DNA from: Spirochaetota bacterium
Lineage (GTDB): Bacteria; Spirochaetota; Brachyspiria; Brachyspirales; JACRPF01
Direction of reading: 5' to 3'
Assembly (NCBI GenBank): GCA_016214035.1
Contig: JACRPF010000012.1
Location: forward strand, 3,051-67,050
DNA length: 64,000 nucleotides
Below the pieces are notes generated by a model. The model worked only from the letters and a program-made list of their open reading frames with translations, made no database searches and was not told where the DNA came from. Made by a program: the position numbers and the translations under genes. Below, one piece after another: positions 27,860-39,105 of the stretch. How positions within the stretch are numbered: the stretch's first letter is position 1; each line of letters begins with the position of its first letter.

Positions 27860-28705
27860 ATGGACACCATTAAGAAACTCACCGGTTCCACATTCTTCAA
27901 CCCATCAGCACCGGTATACTCCGCGGACTCAGAGTTCACCGCCGGCATGTCATTCACACCGCATCGGCACGATTTTTACGAGTTTTTCATTGTCCGTGAA
28001 GGAACACTCATACATCATCTGAACGGCAGCGAGCAGAATCTTGCCGCGAATGACCTGGTGTTCATCAATCCCGATGATGCGCACTGTTTTGAAAAGCGCG
28101 GCACGGGCACGGCGGTCATCACCAATATCGCGGTTTCCACCGATGTTTTTACTGAAGTGCTGCGGTTTTCATCCGGTGATGTGACGTTGACGGTCCCGCG
28201 GCGTCCGGTACGCGCAGCATTGAGCGCGGCACGATTCATCTGCGAACGTGCGGTATCCCTCCGGGCCGAACGCGATACCATTGAGCGGCTTCGCGCGGGA
28301 AAGGTGCTGCTTATTATAGCACTTGATGCGGCATCCGCTACCGCACACGAGGCCGAGTCCATACCCGCATGGCTTGACGACGCATGCACGAAAATGAGGA
28401 CAACCAGCAATTTCACGGAGGGGCTTCGCCGCTTTGTGGCAATCGCCGGAAAGAGTCAGGAACATCTTACGCGCATGATGAAAAAATATTACGGCATGAC
28501 GCCGACCGCGTATATCAACGGACTTCGTCTTTCGTTTGCCGCGGAACGCATTGCGACAACGGACAACGACATCCTTACAATCATGTATGACGCGGGCTTC
28601 AACAATGCGGCGCATTTTACCGCGCTGTTCAAAGCGGCCTACGGTGTCCCGCCGCGCGTATACCGTAAACAGAACGCGATGGTTTTTGCGAAACATCTCC
28701 GCTGA
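27860..28705 (+). CDS. AraC-family regulator with cupin sensor domain
   Basis: Trimmed to MDTIKKLTG (ATG 27860); the upstream extension only translates the repeat element. HRHDFYEFFIVREG cupin; C-terminal HTH IMYDAGFNNAAHFTALFKAAYGVPPRVYR. Divergent from the URO-D pair. Confidence 0.8.
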   Translation: MDTIKKLTGSTFFNPSAPVYSADSEFTAGMSFTPHRHDFYEFFIVREGTLIHHLNGSEQNLAANDLVFINPDDAHCFEKRGTGTAVITNIAVSTDVFTEVLRFSSGDVTLTVPRRPVRAALSAARFICERAVSLRAERDTIERLRAGKVLLIIALDAASATAHEAESIPAWLDDACTKMRTTSNFTEGLRRFVAIAGKSQEHLTRMMKKYYGMTPTAYINGLRLSFAAERIATTDNDILTIMYDAGFNNAAHFTALFKAAYGVPPRVYRKQNAMVFAKHLR

Positions 28706-28827
28706 CAATGCACATCGATGTACTGCGTGCATCAGCCGCGGTACTCCGTTCCCAAAAATGCGCGCGCCTTGTCTATATTGCCGATGTGATTATATTATAA
28801 TCATATGGTACAAAAGGAGGCGTCCCC

Positions 28828-30796
<1,969 letters not shown>

Positions 30797-30800
30797 TGAA

Positions 30801-31208
30801 ATGGCTGCCGACAGAATGATGAAACTGAAGATCATGATGCCGCTATCGGTACTGCTGGAGACCGATGCCCGTAAAGTATCTGTCAAGACGGTCTCGGGCT
30901 GGTGGACATTCCTGCCGCGGCACACGGATATGGTAACACTGCTCCTGCCGGGTGTTCTGGAATATGTCGACGCATCTGATGCTGTCCGATATGCGGCGCT
31001 AGATGAGGGTGTTGCGGTGAAGCAGGCGATGTCGCTCATGATGACGGTTCGCCACGCGGTAGTGGGCGAACAGCGTGACGCGCTTGAAAAAGTGATTGCA
31101 GAACAGTACCGGACGGTCATTGCGGAGGAGAAGGATATCCGTGAGATGACCGCAAAGATAGAAGCTGATTTTCTCAGACAATTTTCGGAGATGACACGGG
31201 CTCGTTAG
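30801..31208 (+). CDS. atpC: N-type ATPase epsilon subunit
   Basis: 135 aa. Position directly after atpD. Beta-sandwich-like N-terminal half followed by a helical tail. Confidence 0.75.
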   Translation: MAADRMMKLKIMMPLSVLLETDARKVSVKTVSGWWTFLPRHTDMVTLLLPGVLEYVDASDAVRYAALDEGVAVKQAMSLMMTVRHAVVGEQRDALEKVIAEQYRTVIAEEKDIREMTAKIEADFLRQFSEMTRAR

Positions 31209-31220
31209 GAGGTGAGGGAC

Positions 31221-31508
31221 ATGGATGAAAAGCGTGACCGCATGACCAACGCTGTCAGAAAGGATAATCTCCGGAAAAAGAACGGCGAGCGGGACAGAAA
31301 AACGAGTGTGTTCCGCTGGCTCGGATTTTCCGGCATTGTGGGGTGGAGTGTTGCCGTGCCGACGGTGCTTTTCACCATGTTCGGCATCTGGCTTGACAGA
31401 AGCTATCCGTCAAGGATCAGCTGGACCATTACACTGCTGCTCGTCGGCGTAGTCACCGGTTGTGTCATCGCATGGAATTGGATATCAAAGGCGCGCAGAG
31501 GAGGCTGA
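31221..31508 (+). CDS. atpQ: N-ATPase AtpQ (AtpZ/AtpI-like small membrane protein)
   Basis: 95 aa. Two TM helices: GFSGIVGWSVAVPTVLFTMFGIWLD..TITLLLVGVVTGCVIAWNWI. SD AGGAGG. Confidence 0.75.
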   Translation: MDEKRDRMTNAVRKDNLRKKNGERDRKTSVFRWLGFSGIVGWSVAVPTVLFTMFGIWLDRSYPSRISWTITLLLVGVVTGCVIAWNWISKARRGG

Positions 31509-31509
31509 C

Positions 31510-31794
31510 ATGTGGCATATAACGGCAGGAGTACTCCTGGGAATTGCCGGAGGGCTTTGTTTTTTTCTCGGGCTTTCATGGACTGTTGAACGGCTCGCGC
31601 AGGCAAAGCGTCCGTCATTGCTCATGCTGGCAAGTTTTTTCGTCCGGTTCGCCGTTGTAGGCATCTGTTTTTTCATAGCGGTGAAGTACGGAGGAATTGC
31701 CGCGGTACTTTCATGTCTTGCGGGTTTCGCGTTGGTACAGGCCGCAGCCGTCATTATGAAAAAGCGGGAATCACCCGGCAGCCGACGGGTGTAG
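31510..31794 (+). CDS. atpR: N-ATPase AtpR subunit (small membrane protein)
   Basis: 94 aa and three hydrophobic helices. Its position between atpQ and atpB is diagnostic of the atpDCQRBEFAG arrangement. Confidence 0.7.
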   Translation: MWHITAGVLLGIAGGLCFFLGLSWTVERLAQAKRPSLLMLASFFVRFAVVGICFFIAVKYGGIAAVLSCLAGFALVQAAAVIMKKRESPGSRRV

Positions 31795-31816
31795 CGCGCT
31801 GTACGCGGGAGCGGAT

Positions 31817-32533
31817 ATGCATATCACACCGGATACGATAATATTCTTTCAGTGGCACGGGCTCCGCCTCAATGCCACGATTGTATGTACCTGGATAGTG
31901 ATGGGCATTCTCCTGACCGTCTCACTCATTGCGACACGGAAGCTCAGCTCCGGGCCGAGGGTCTCACGCTGGCAGACGATTATGGAAACGGTTGTACTGA
32001 CAATACGTTCGGAGATACGCAACACCATGCAGATGGACCCGGCTCCCTTTCTGCCGTTTCTCGGCACGCTGTTTCTTTTCATCTCGATATCAAATCTGCT
32101 TGCCGTGGTTCCGGTATACCGGCCGCCGACCGGCTCTATCTCGACAACGGCTGCATTGGCGACGACCGTTTTACTGACGGCGCCGGTTTACGGGATATCA
32201 AAACAGGGGGTGCTCGGATTTCTGAAAACGTATCTGCATCCCATACCAATCATGCTGCCGCTGAACATACTGAGCGATATTTCACGCGCCATTGCGCTGT
32301 CCGTCCGTCTTTTCGGAAATATCATGAGCGGTCACCTTATCGCCGCCATCATGATCGGCATCATCCCCCTCATCTTTCCGCTTGTTCTGGACGCCATTGA
32401 ACTTCTGCTCGGACAGATACAGGCGTATATTTTCACGGTTCTATCCTCGGTCATACTCGCGGCCGCAGTACGGCCCGGTGAGACGGATAGAGATAACGTA
32501 ACGCTGAACGCCGAAGGAGGCACTCATGGATAA
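31817..32533 (+). CDS. atpB: N-type ATPase a subunit
   Basis: 238 aa. Essential-Arg helix ALSVRLFGNIMSGHLI. Confidence 0.85.
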   Translation: MHITPDTIIFFQWHGLRLNATIVCTWIVMGILLTVSLIATRKLSSGPRVSRWQTIMETVVLTIRSEIRNTMQMDPAPFLPFLGTLFLFISISNLLAVVPVYRPPTGSISTTAALATTVLLTAPVYGISKQGVLGFLKTYLHPIPIMLPLNILSDISRAIALSVRLFGNIMSGHLIAAIMIGIIPLIFPLVLDAIELLLGQIQAYIFTVLSSVILAAAVRPGETDRDNVTLNAEGGTHG

Positions 32534-32804
32534 CAGCACTATCATTGCAGTCGTTTCAATCATCTCAGCCGCGGCATGCATCACGGTCGGCACCATTATT
32601 CCGGCAATCGCTGAAGGCATGTCCGTGATGAAGGCTATGACGGCTATTGCACAGCAGCCCGACGAGTCCGGCTCGATATCGCGTACCCTGTTCATCGGGA
32701 TGGCGATGATTGAGGCGATAGCTATCTATTGCCTGGTCATCTCCATCATTCTCATCTTCGCCAATCCGTTCTGGAATTACATGATTAAAACCGCGGCGCA
32801 CTGA
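32526..32804 (+). CDS. atpE: N-type ATPase c subunit
   Basis: 92-aa hairpin with AQQPD loop and carboxylate helix GMAMIEAIAIYCLVISIILIFANPF. SD AGGAGG. Confidence 0.9.
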   Translation: MDNSTIIAVVSIISAAACITVGTIIPAIAEGMSVMKAMTAIAQQPDESGSISRTLFIGMAMIEAIAIYCLVISIILIFANPFWNYMIKTAAH

Positions 32805-33592
32805 TGGAATTCGATCTCTTCACATTCATCGCAGAGATAGTCAATTTTCTGCTGCTCGTGTGGCTTTTGAACAAATTTCTTTTCAAACGCATCATCACCA
32901 TGGTGGATGCGCGGGAAAAGCGTATCGCCGATACGCTCGCGCAGGCGGATGCAAAAGAAAAGTCGGCGGCGGACCGTGAAGCGGCGGTGCAGACAGCGCT
33001 GGCCGGGATGGAAGCGCGGAAAGATGTGGTCATGGCTGAAGCGGCTGACCAGATGAAAGCGCTGCGCGAAACACTTGGTATTGAAGCGCGGGCGGCAGCG
33101 GAAAAAGAACGCCTCATGTGGCTCGCTGAATGGCGGCGTCTTCGGCTGGAGGCTGAGACGGAACTGGCTGCGGGAATATCGGGGATTGTCATCTCCTCGC
33201 TGCGGAACATGATGAAAGAACTCGCCGATGAGGATCTTGAACGGCGGGTTGTCGCGCGTTTCATCACGAAGCTCAAGACGGATCAATCGCTTTTCAATGA
33301 TCTTCCGCGGGTACCGGCATTCGAGATACGCACATGCTATACGCTTGATCCGCATCAGGAAAAGTCCATCAGGGACATTATCGCCGCGCGTCTCAATGCC
33401 CGGACGTTTGAGCTGACCACCCGGCAGAGCGACCTGTTCGGCATTGAGATAATCGCCGGCGGTGAGCGTCTCGCCTGGCATGTCGACGATCATCTGGAAC
33501 AGATGCGGTTCGTATTGGACAATGCAATCCGGAAAATAGCAGAGGCAGGACAGCCGGTGGACTCGCTCGCGGGCAAAGAGGACTCCCGATGA
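32804..33592 (+). CDS. atpF: N-type ATPase b subunit (long)
   Basis: 262 aa. N-terminal TM FIAEIVNFLLLVWLL followed by a long charged helix. ATGA overlap with atpE. Confidence 0.8.
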   Translation: MEFDLFTFIAEIVNFLLLVWLLNKFLFKRIITMVDAREKRIADTLAQADAKEKSAADREAAVQTALAGMEARKDVVMAEAADQMKALRETLGIEARAAAEKERLMWLAEWRRLRLEAETELAAGISGIVISSLRNMMKELADEDLERRVVARFITKLKTDQSLFNDLPRVPAFEIRTCYTLDPHQEKSIRDIIAARLNARTFELTTRQSDLFGIEIIAGGERLAWHVDDHLEQMRFVLDNAIRKIAEAGQPVDSLAGKEDSR

Positions 33593-35130
33593 GTGAACGC
33601 ATAAAAAACTTTTTCCGTGAGCCCTTGGCAGCGATTGCCGATGCCGCGGCCGAGGTGAAACCCGCGCTCCGAGCCGTGGAGTTCGGTACCGTAACCTCAA
33701 TGAACGCCGGTATTGTCCGGGCAACGGGGCTTTCGAACGCGGGATATCTTGAGCTTGTGCATATCACGGCAGCGGACGGTTCCGCACATACGGGGATGAT
33801 CATCGATCTGTTAGCCGATGCAGTGCAGATAGCAATGCTCGACGCCGCGCCGGGAGTGGCCGCCGGTGCCGAGGTGACGCGGACCGGACGTTCACTCGAG
33901 GTGCCGGTGGGTACGTCGCTTATCGGGCGCGTGGTGAACGGTCTCGGTGAACCGCTCGATGACCGGGGCGCGGTTGCCGCCGAGGATCACTGGCCCGTGG
34001 AACGCGACTCGCCGCCGATTATGGACCGGCAGGCGGTAACGGTGCCGCTTGCGACAGGCATTCTCGCCGTCGACGCGCTTATACCCATCGGGCGGGGACA
34101 GCGTGAACTTATCGTGGGCGACCGGCAGTGCGGGAAGACGGCTATCGCGCTCGATACGATAATCAATCAGAAGGGACAGGATGTCGTCGCGATATACTGC
34201 GCCATCGGCATGCCGCTCTCGTCCGTGGCTACGGCTATCGCGGAACTTCGCAGTCACGGCGCGATGGAGCACACCATCTGCGTTGTCTCGTCGGGAGAGG
34301 ATACGCCGGGACATAATTTCATCACGCCGTTCGCCGCAACCGCCATGGGTGAATATCTCATGGCGAAAGGCCGCGATGTACTCATTGTCTATGATGACCT
34401 TACGCATCACGCACGGTCATATCGCGAGCTCTCGCTCCTCCTGCGGCGTCCGCCCGCCCGCGAAGCGTTTCCCGGTGATATTTTCTATCTTCATTCGCGA
34501 CTTCTTGAACGCGCCACGCATCTGTCGTACGACAACGGCGGCGGATCGCTCACGGCGCTTCCCATCGTCGAAACCGAGGCCGAGAACATCTCCGCATATA
34601 TACCCACGAACCTCATCTCCATAACAGACGGACAGATTTATGTCTCGCCGCGTCTCTTTTCGCAGGCGCAGCTTCCCGCCATCGATGTGATGCGGTCGGT
34701 GTCGCGCGTGGGCGGCCAGGCGCAGCTTCCCGGATACCGCGGCGTTACGGGCGAGTTGCGTCTATCATTCGCGCAGTTCGAAGAGCTTGAGGCGTTCTCC
34801 CGGTTCGACGCGGCCGCGGACGAGAACACACGAAAGGCACTCGAGCGCGGACGGCGGGTGCGCGAGGTGCTCAAGCAGGTGAGGCTCTCGCCCCGCAGCG
34901 TGATGGAGCAGATAGCACTCATCCTTGTCCTGAATGCCGGTATCCTTGATGCCGTACCGATAGAAACCGTCTCAATGCTCATTCCGGCGTTCATCGCATC
35001 ATTGCGTAACCTGCCGCAAACGATGACGGAGCATGTGCTTGGCGGGCACAGGCTTACCGACGGGGAAACAGAATCTATCATCGCCGCCGGAAAGAAAATA
35101 TTCCAAGCGTCGGCAAAGGATATGACCTGA
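33589..35130 (+). CDS. atpA: N-type ATPase alpha subunit
   Basis: 513 aa. Walker A GDRQCGKTAIA, plus VYDDLTHHARSYRELSLLLRRPPAREAFPGDIFYLHSRLLERA. Confidence 0.9.
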   Translation: MSERIKNFFREPLAAIADAAAEVKPALRAVEFGTVTSMNAGIVRATGLSNAGYLELVHITAADGSAHTGMIIDLLADAVQIAMLDAAPGVAAGAEVTRTGRSLEVPVGTSLIGRVVNGLGEPLDDRGAVAAEDHWPVERDSPPIMDRQAVTVPLATGILAVDALIPIGRGQRELIVGDRQCGKTAIALDTIINQKGQDVVAIYCAIGMPLSSVATAIAELRSHGAMEHTICVVSSGEDTPGHNFITPFAATAMGEYLMAKGRDVLIVYDDLTHHARSYRELSLLLRRPPAREAFPGDIFYLHSRLLERATHLSYDNGGGSLTALPIVETEAENISAYIPTNLISITDGQIYVSPRLFSQAQLPAIDVMRSVSRVGGQAQLPGYRGVTGELRLSFAQFEELEAFSRFDAAADENTRKALERGRRVREVLKQVRLSPRSVMEQIALILVLNAGILDAVPIETVSMLIPAFIASLRNLPQTMTEHVLGGHRLTDGETESIIAAGKKIFQASAKDMT

Positions 35131-36002
35131 TGGCCGCACTGGAAGCTTTGAAGAACTCGCTCAAGAACGCCGGGGATATCCACGGCATCGTACGGACGAT
35201 GAAGCTCATGGCTGCGGTGAGGATTAAGCACTATCAGAAAGCCGAAGCGGGATTGGAGGAGTATGAAGCCGCCGTTGAACGTTCGTTCGCGCTCCTGCTC
35301 AAGGATGCGCCGGGAATAGTGCCGGATGACGGCATCAAGGCGGATGGGATTACCGGTGTCATTGTCTTCGGCTCGGATCAGGGACTTGCCGGTTCGTTTA
35401 ACGAGCAGGCCGCACGGGCGCTGACAGACTATCTCGCAGCGGAAAAAATAAGCCGCGAAAAGTTACGAATCTGCGTTATGGGACACAGGCTTGTCCGTCA
35501 CCTGGACGATGCGGGTGTCAGCGTTGATGAAAAACTCGGCATGCCGCTTTCGCTTCCGGCGGCGTCGGCGCACCTGCGTGATCTGCTGGCAATACTGAAC
35601 GGCTGGCGGAAGTCACATCAATTCGGGAAGATTATACTCATCAGAAACAGGATGAAGAATGCCGTTGCCGGTGAGGGCTTTGTTTCAGAACTGCTGCCGC
35701 CGTCAGAAGAACGGATTGCGAAGATGCATTCGCTGACACCGGAACACGGCGTACGGCCGTTGACTACCGTTTCGCACGAGACCGTGGTTGCGGCGCTTCT
35801 CGATCACTATATTTTTTCGGGGCTTTTTCACGGACTCATCGGATCATTGCGGAGCGAGAACGCCGTGCGCCTGGCCGCGATGCAGCAGGCGGAAAAACAT
35901 ATCGAGGAGTTTCTCGATGAACTCACGCTGGCGTTCAATCAGGAGCGGCAGAATCAGATTACTGATGAAATTATGGATATTGTCGGGGCGATTCCGGAAT
36001 AA
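35130..36002 (+). CDS. atpG: N-type ATPase gamma subunit
   Basis: 290 aa. N-terminal IVRTMKLMAAVRIK and C-terminal QNQITDEIMDIVGA helices are typical of gamma. Confidence 0.85.
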   Translation: MAALEALKNSLKNAGDIHGIVRTMKLMAAVRIKHYQKAEAGLEEYEAAVERSFALLLKDAPGIVPDDGIKADGITGVIVFGSDQGLAGSFNEQAARALTDYLAAEKISREKLRICVMGHRLVRHLDDAGVSVDEKLGMPLSLPAASAHLRDLLAILNGWRKSHQFGKIILIRNRMKNAVAGEGFVSELLPPSEERIAKMHSLTPEHGVRPLTTVSHETVVAALLDHYIFSGLFHGLIGSLRSENAVRLAAMQQAEKHIEEFLDELTLAFNQERQNQITDEIMDIVGAIPE

Positions 36003-36009
36003 CGCGGGC

Positions 36010-36834
36010 TTAATCCGCATCCATCATACTCGGCAGCGAGCGTTTCACCTTCCGCCAATCAATACCGAGCTTCTTCTCGGGGCCGACAAACGTCTTTGCG
36101 TGTTCTTCGGCGCGGCGAATCCGTTCCGCGGTCTCCGGATGCGTGCCGACATATTTGAGTATCGCCTCGGCCTGTTTCGTGCGGGTGTTCTGGAGTTTCT
36201 TGAAAAAATCCGCGATGTGCACCGGGTTCAGTTTCGACCGGGCGAGAAGCGCCGTCGCATAATCATCCGCAGCTTTTTCCTGCGTCTGGGTGAATTTATT
36301 GCTGATGAGCTGACGGACGATGTCACGCACCGCTCCGGTGGAGTCACCGCCGAGCGAAAAGAGCACGGCAAGGCCCACGTTGCGCGCGAGTGCGTTCATT
36401 GAATCCCGATGCACCACATGTCCCATCTCATGCGCGATGACGGCCGCGGCTTCCTCCGCCGAATCCGCCTCCTTGATAAGTCCGGTGGTTACGACAATGA
36501 GACCGCCGGGGAATGTGAACGCGTTCACCACCGAGGAATCGATGATCATCACTTCGATATCGTAATTGAGATTCGTTTCGTTTGCGGCGAAGCGTTTGAC
36601 CATAGCCGCGAATGCTTTGTCTGCCGCGGTGCTGTGGATTATTTTCGAGTCGCGCGACACTTCCTTTTTGAAAAGTTCCTTGAGCTTCATCTCAAGCGAT
36701 GCGGGAACTGCCGCCGATGACGTGTTCTTATCCTTCCCGCCGGTTGCGAGATGATAGATGCCGAACGAAGCGACGGCAACCAATGCAGTAATGCCGGCGA
36801 GAACAGCGATGTCGCGGATGAAATAACGGTTCAT
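36010..36834 (-). CDS. M48-family zinc metalloprotease
   Basis: 274 aa. N-terminal TM and HEMGHVVHRD (HExxH). Confidence 0.8.
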   Translation of the reverse strand: MNRYFIRDIAVLAGITALVAVASFGIYHLATGGKDKNTSSAAVPASLEMKLKELFKKEVSRDSKIIHSTAADKAFAAMVKRFAANETNLNYDIEVMIIDSSVVNAFTFPGGLIVVTTGLIKEADSAEEAAAVIAHEMGHVVHRDSMNALARNVGLAVLFSLGGDSTGAVRDIVRQLISNKFTQTQEKAADDYATALLARSKLNPVHIADFFKKLQNTRTKQAEAILKYVGTHPETAERIRRAEEHAKTFVGPEKKLGIDWRKVKRSLPSMMDAD

Positions 36835-36842
36835 GGCGGAGA

Positions 36843-37358
36843 TTAGAGGCCTTTCGGCGGTTCGTTCCGGTCGGAAACGGCGTTCCTACGCGGCGTAAGA
36901 TAATATCGCCGGAATGCATGACGGCCGAAGAACATGACATAGTAAAATCGTCCTTTACGGGCGTATACGCATGCGATGATCGATACGATGATATAGATGA
37001 TGTTCCATACGGATACAACCGCAACGGCGGCCCAGAACCAGGCGTTCAGTGACGCGTATGGCGTAAATATAAGAACGGCCCACACCACGATGCCCGCGTT
37101 TGCTATGGATACCGGGGTCTCCATGAGCAGCGACTGCAGCGAATGAAAACCGACGAACGGCGATTTTTTCCGGTTGATCATGTGATAGATGAAAGCGGCG
37201 ATGAGTCCGACGAACGGCAGCGGCAGTCCGATGCCCCATGACGCGAACATCATGAGATATGCGCCCATGGCGTCCTCGCGTTCCACTTCACTGATGTCGT
37301 CGGGCTGCGGCACGGCGATGACGCCGTCATCCGTTACCGATTTTGCTTTTCTAGGCAT
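36843..37358 (-). CDS. DUF4870-like membrane protein
   Basis: Trimmed to MPRKAKS (ATG at 37358, SD AGGAGG). The segment YLMMFASWGIGLPLPFVGLIAAFIYHMINRKKSPFVGFHSLQSLL is typical of the family. Confidence 0.6.
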   Translation of the reverse strand: MPRKAKSVTDDGVIAVPQPDDISEVEREDAMGAYLMMFASWGIGLPLPFVGLIAAFIYHMINRKKSPFVGFHSLQSLLMETPVSIANAGIVVWAVLIFTPYASLNAWFWAAVAVVSVWNIIYIIVSIIACVYARKGRFYYVMFFGRHAFRRYYLTPRRNAVSDRNEPPKGL

Positions 37359-37386
37359 AGTGACCTCCTGCGGGCATGCGCGAAAT

Positions 37387-37424
37387 AAAAAAAGCAACGG
37401 CGCACTGAAACGTACGCCGCTGCT
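37387..37424 (-). terminator. rho-independent terminator after the DUF4389 gene
   Basis: 10-bp stem (AGCAACGGCG / CGCCGCTGCT, one mismatch) with a 12-nt loop. It is followed on the minus strand by a T-run (plus-strand A-run 37387-37392). Confidence 0.6.
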
Positions 37425-37448
37425 TTTGTTTTACACCAATGCGTCAGA

Positions 37449-38039
37449 TTATTCTTTTCCGGTGAACTTCGGATATTCATCGGTCATAAGGCCGGTATAG
37501 AGGCTGAGATTGTTCATCCAGCGCAGTGTGCCGACATTGAAATCGAAGAACCGTTTGGGATACTTGCCGGTGAACAGGATTGCAAACCAGGCAAGGAACA
37601 TCAGGAACATCATGCCGTAGACGCGGAAGACGAGGCAGAATCCGTGCGGGATCCAGATGTAGAATATACCGAAGAACATGCGGAGCAGCAGAAGACCGCG
37701 GCTGCTTTTTTCAGGATACGGTACCGTGAGCGAAACGCTCTGGCTCGTGCCCTTGGTCCCGAAAGCCGGATACTCGTCGGTGAAATTGTACATCGAAGCC
37801 ATCAACCGGTTCGACCATGCGAGCAGTTTCACCTGATAATCGAACCAGCTCTGCGGATACTTGCCGGTGAACAGCACCGCCCAGAACGCAAGAAATCCGA
37901 GGATCATCGCCCAGATCGATGCGAAGAAGAGCAGAAAACCGTGCGGCAGCGCGATGTAAAACATGCCGAACAGTGTTCGCAGAAGCAGCTGACCGCGGGA
38001 GTAGCGCTCCTGATGAGTAATTGAGAACTGCATAGACAC
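37449..38039 (-). CDS. DUF4389 membrane protein with two tandem repeats
   Basis: 196 aa. Two homologous halves, each with SRG(Q/L)LLLR..F..IPHGF..FTGKYP..F(D)..TDEYP(A/K)F. Confidence 0.7.
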   Translation of the reverse strand: MSMQFSITHQERYSRGQLLLRTLFGMFYIALPHGFLLFFASIWAMILGFLAFWAVLFTGKYPQSWFDYQVKLLAWSNRLMASMYNFTDEYPAFGTKGTSQSVSLTVPYPEKSSRGLLLLRMFFGIFYIWIPHGFCLVFRVYGMMFLMFLAWFAILFTGKYPKRFFDFNVGTLRWMNNLSLYTGLMTDEYPKFTGKE

Positions 38040-38068
38040 TCCTTCTAGAAAAGATTTGATACCCTACT

Positions 38069-38096
38069 ATTATAACATGATATGAAACCGTGTCAA
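38069..38096 (-). promoter_or_regulatory. sigma-70-type promoter for the DUF4389 gene
   Basis: On the minus strand: TTGACA (38096-38091), 16-nt spacer, TGtTATAAT extended -10 (hexamer 38074-38069). SD AAGGAG lies before the ATG at 38039. Confidence 0.6.
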
Positions 38097-38116
38097 ACAA
38101 TCAGTCAAGGTTTTTT

Positions 38117-38902
38117 TCATTTTTTCCATAAACCGCCCCACCAGTCCTCATACTTCTCATATGTGGTGACCACAGTATATCCGTCCTTGTGGACGCCGTC
38201 TGCGCTGTCCGCATTTTCCGTGTGTTTATAGGTGATGGCGACTTCAACCGGAGATTTAAACGTGAACGGTTTCACCGTTTTCGCCTTGCCGACCGCCTCG
38301 CGCGCAGCGTCAAAAATTATTTTTCCCGTGCGTTCTTTCGGATAGCATAATGCGCGGTGACGTCCGAGCCCGAGCTTGACCGTGGCGGTTGCTACACCCG
38401 GCAGAAGCGCGCTTGCCTCGGCGCATACTTTGTCGTCGCCGGAGACGAGCGTAACGGGAACGCCGGAAACACCCGCAATGGCCGCGTCGATGGCCACTTC
38501 GCCCACCGGTATGCCGTTCACGCTCGCCGCAAACCAGTCTTTGGATGACATCGTGTGTTCAAGTACCGCGTGCTTCGTGCCCGCCATCGCGTGATAACCG
38601 AGCAGGAACATCGCATCGATGGACTCGTCGAGGAACGGGAAGCGCGGATTCTTTCCCGGCGCCCCCCAGAGCACTTCCGCTTTCGGATGTATCTCGTCGA
38701 AGATGAAGTTGTACGATCCGCCGTGGACATCGGCTGCCAGTATCCTGGATGCTCCGCCGGCGAGCGCACCTTCAATCGCGGCGTTCACATCGTGCATGAG
38801 CAATTTGCGTCCTTCATTATAATAGGGATTGCCTTTTGATGTGAAATCCCGTGAACAGATCCCGGTTATTCCTTCCATATCAACTGCGATGTAGATGTTC
38901 AT
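38117..38902 (-). CDS. M55-family D-aminopeptidase (DppA-like)
   Basis: 261 aa. N-terminus MNIYIAVDMEGITGI..LMHDVNAAIEGA is typical of peptidase M55. Confidence 0.75.
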   Translation of the reverse strand: MNIYIAVDMEGITGICSRDFTSKGNPYYNEGRKLLMHDVNAAIEGALAGGASRILAADVHGGSYNFIFDEIHPKAEVLWGAPGKNPRFPFLDESIDAMFLLGYHAMAGTKHAVLEHTMSSKDWFAASVNGIPVGEVAIDAAIAGVSGVPVTLVSGDDKVCAEASALLPGVATATVKLGLGRHRALCYPKERTGKIIFDAAREAVGKAKTVKPFTFKSPVEVAITYKHTENADSADGVHKDGYTVVTTYEKYEDWWGGLWKK

Positions 38903-39067
38903 GTCATGGTTCCTGCCGACGGACCGCTGTACGCGGTGTCGTTATTTTCTAATAAGATAAGCGCGTTTTTAAAAATTGCAAATTCAGCGCCGGCCGTTCC
39001 ACGAGTGACCGGTACCGCCGGTCGTATCGAGGGGAGCGGCCGGATGACAGCTCGAAGCTAATCGCGG

Positions 39068-39095
39068 TTGCCAAAATCCACTACTCTGATATAAT
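39068..39095 (+). promoter_or_regulatory. sigma-70-type promoter for lepA
   Basis: TTGCCA (39068-39073), 16-nt spacer, TGaTATAAT extended -10 (hexamer 39090-39095). The ATG lies only 10 nt beyond the -10. Confidence 0.55.
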
Positions 39096-39105
39096 ACTCC
39101 GGCTT

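Noticed and set aside
32777-33724. 315-aa minus-strand ORF across atpF/atpA
   Set aside because: It is antisense to the tightly coupled ATPase operon and has no motifs.
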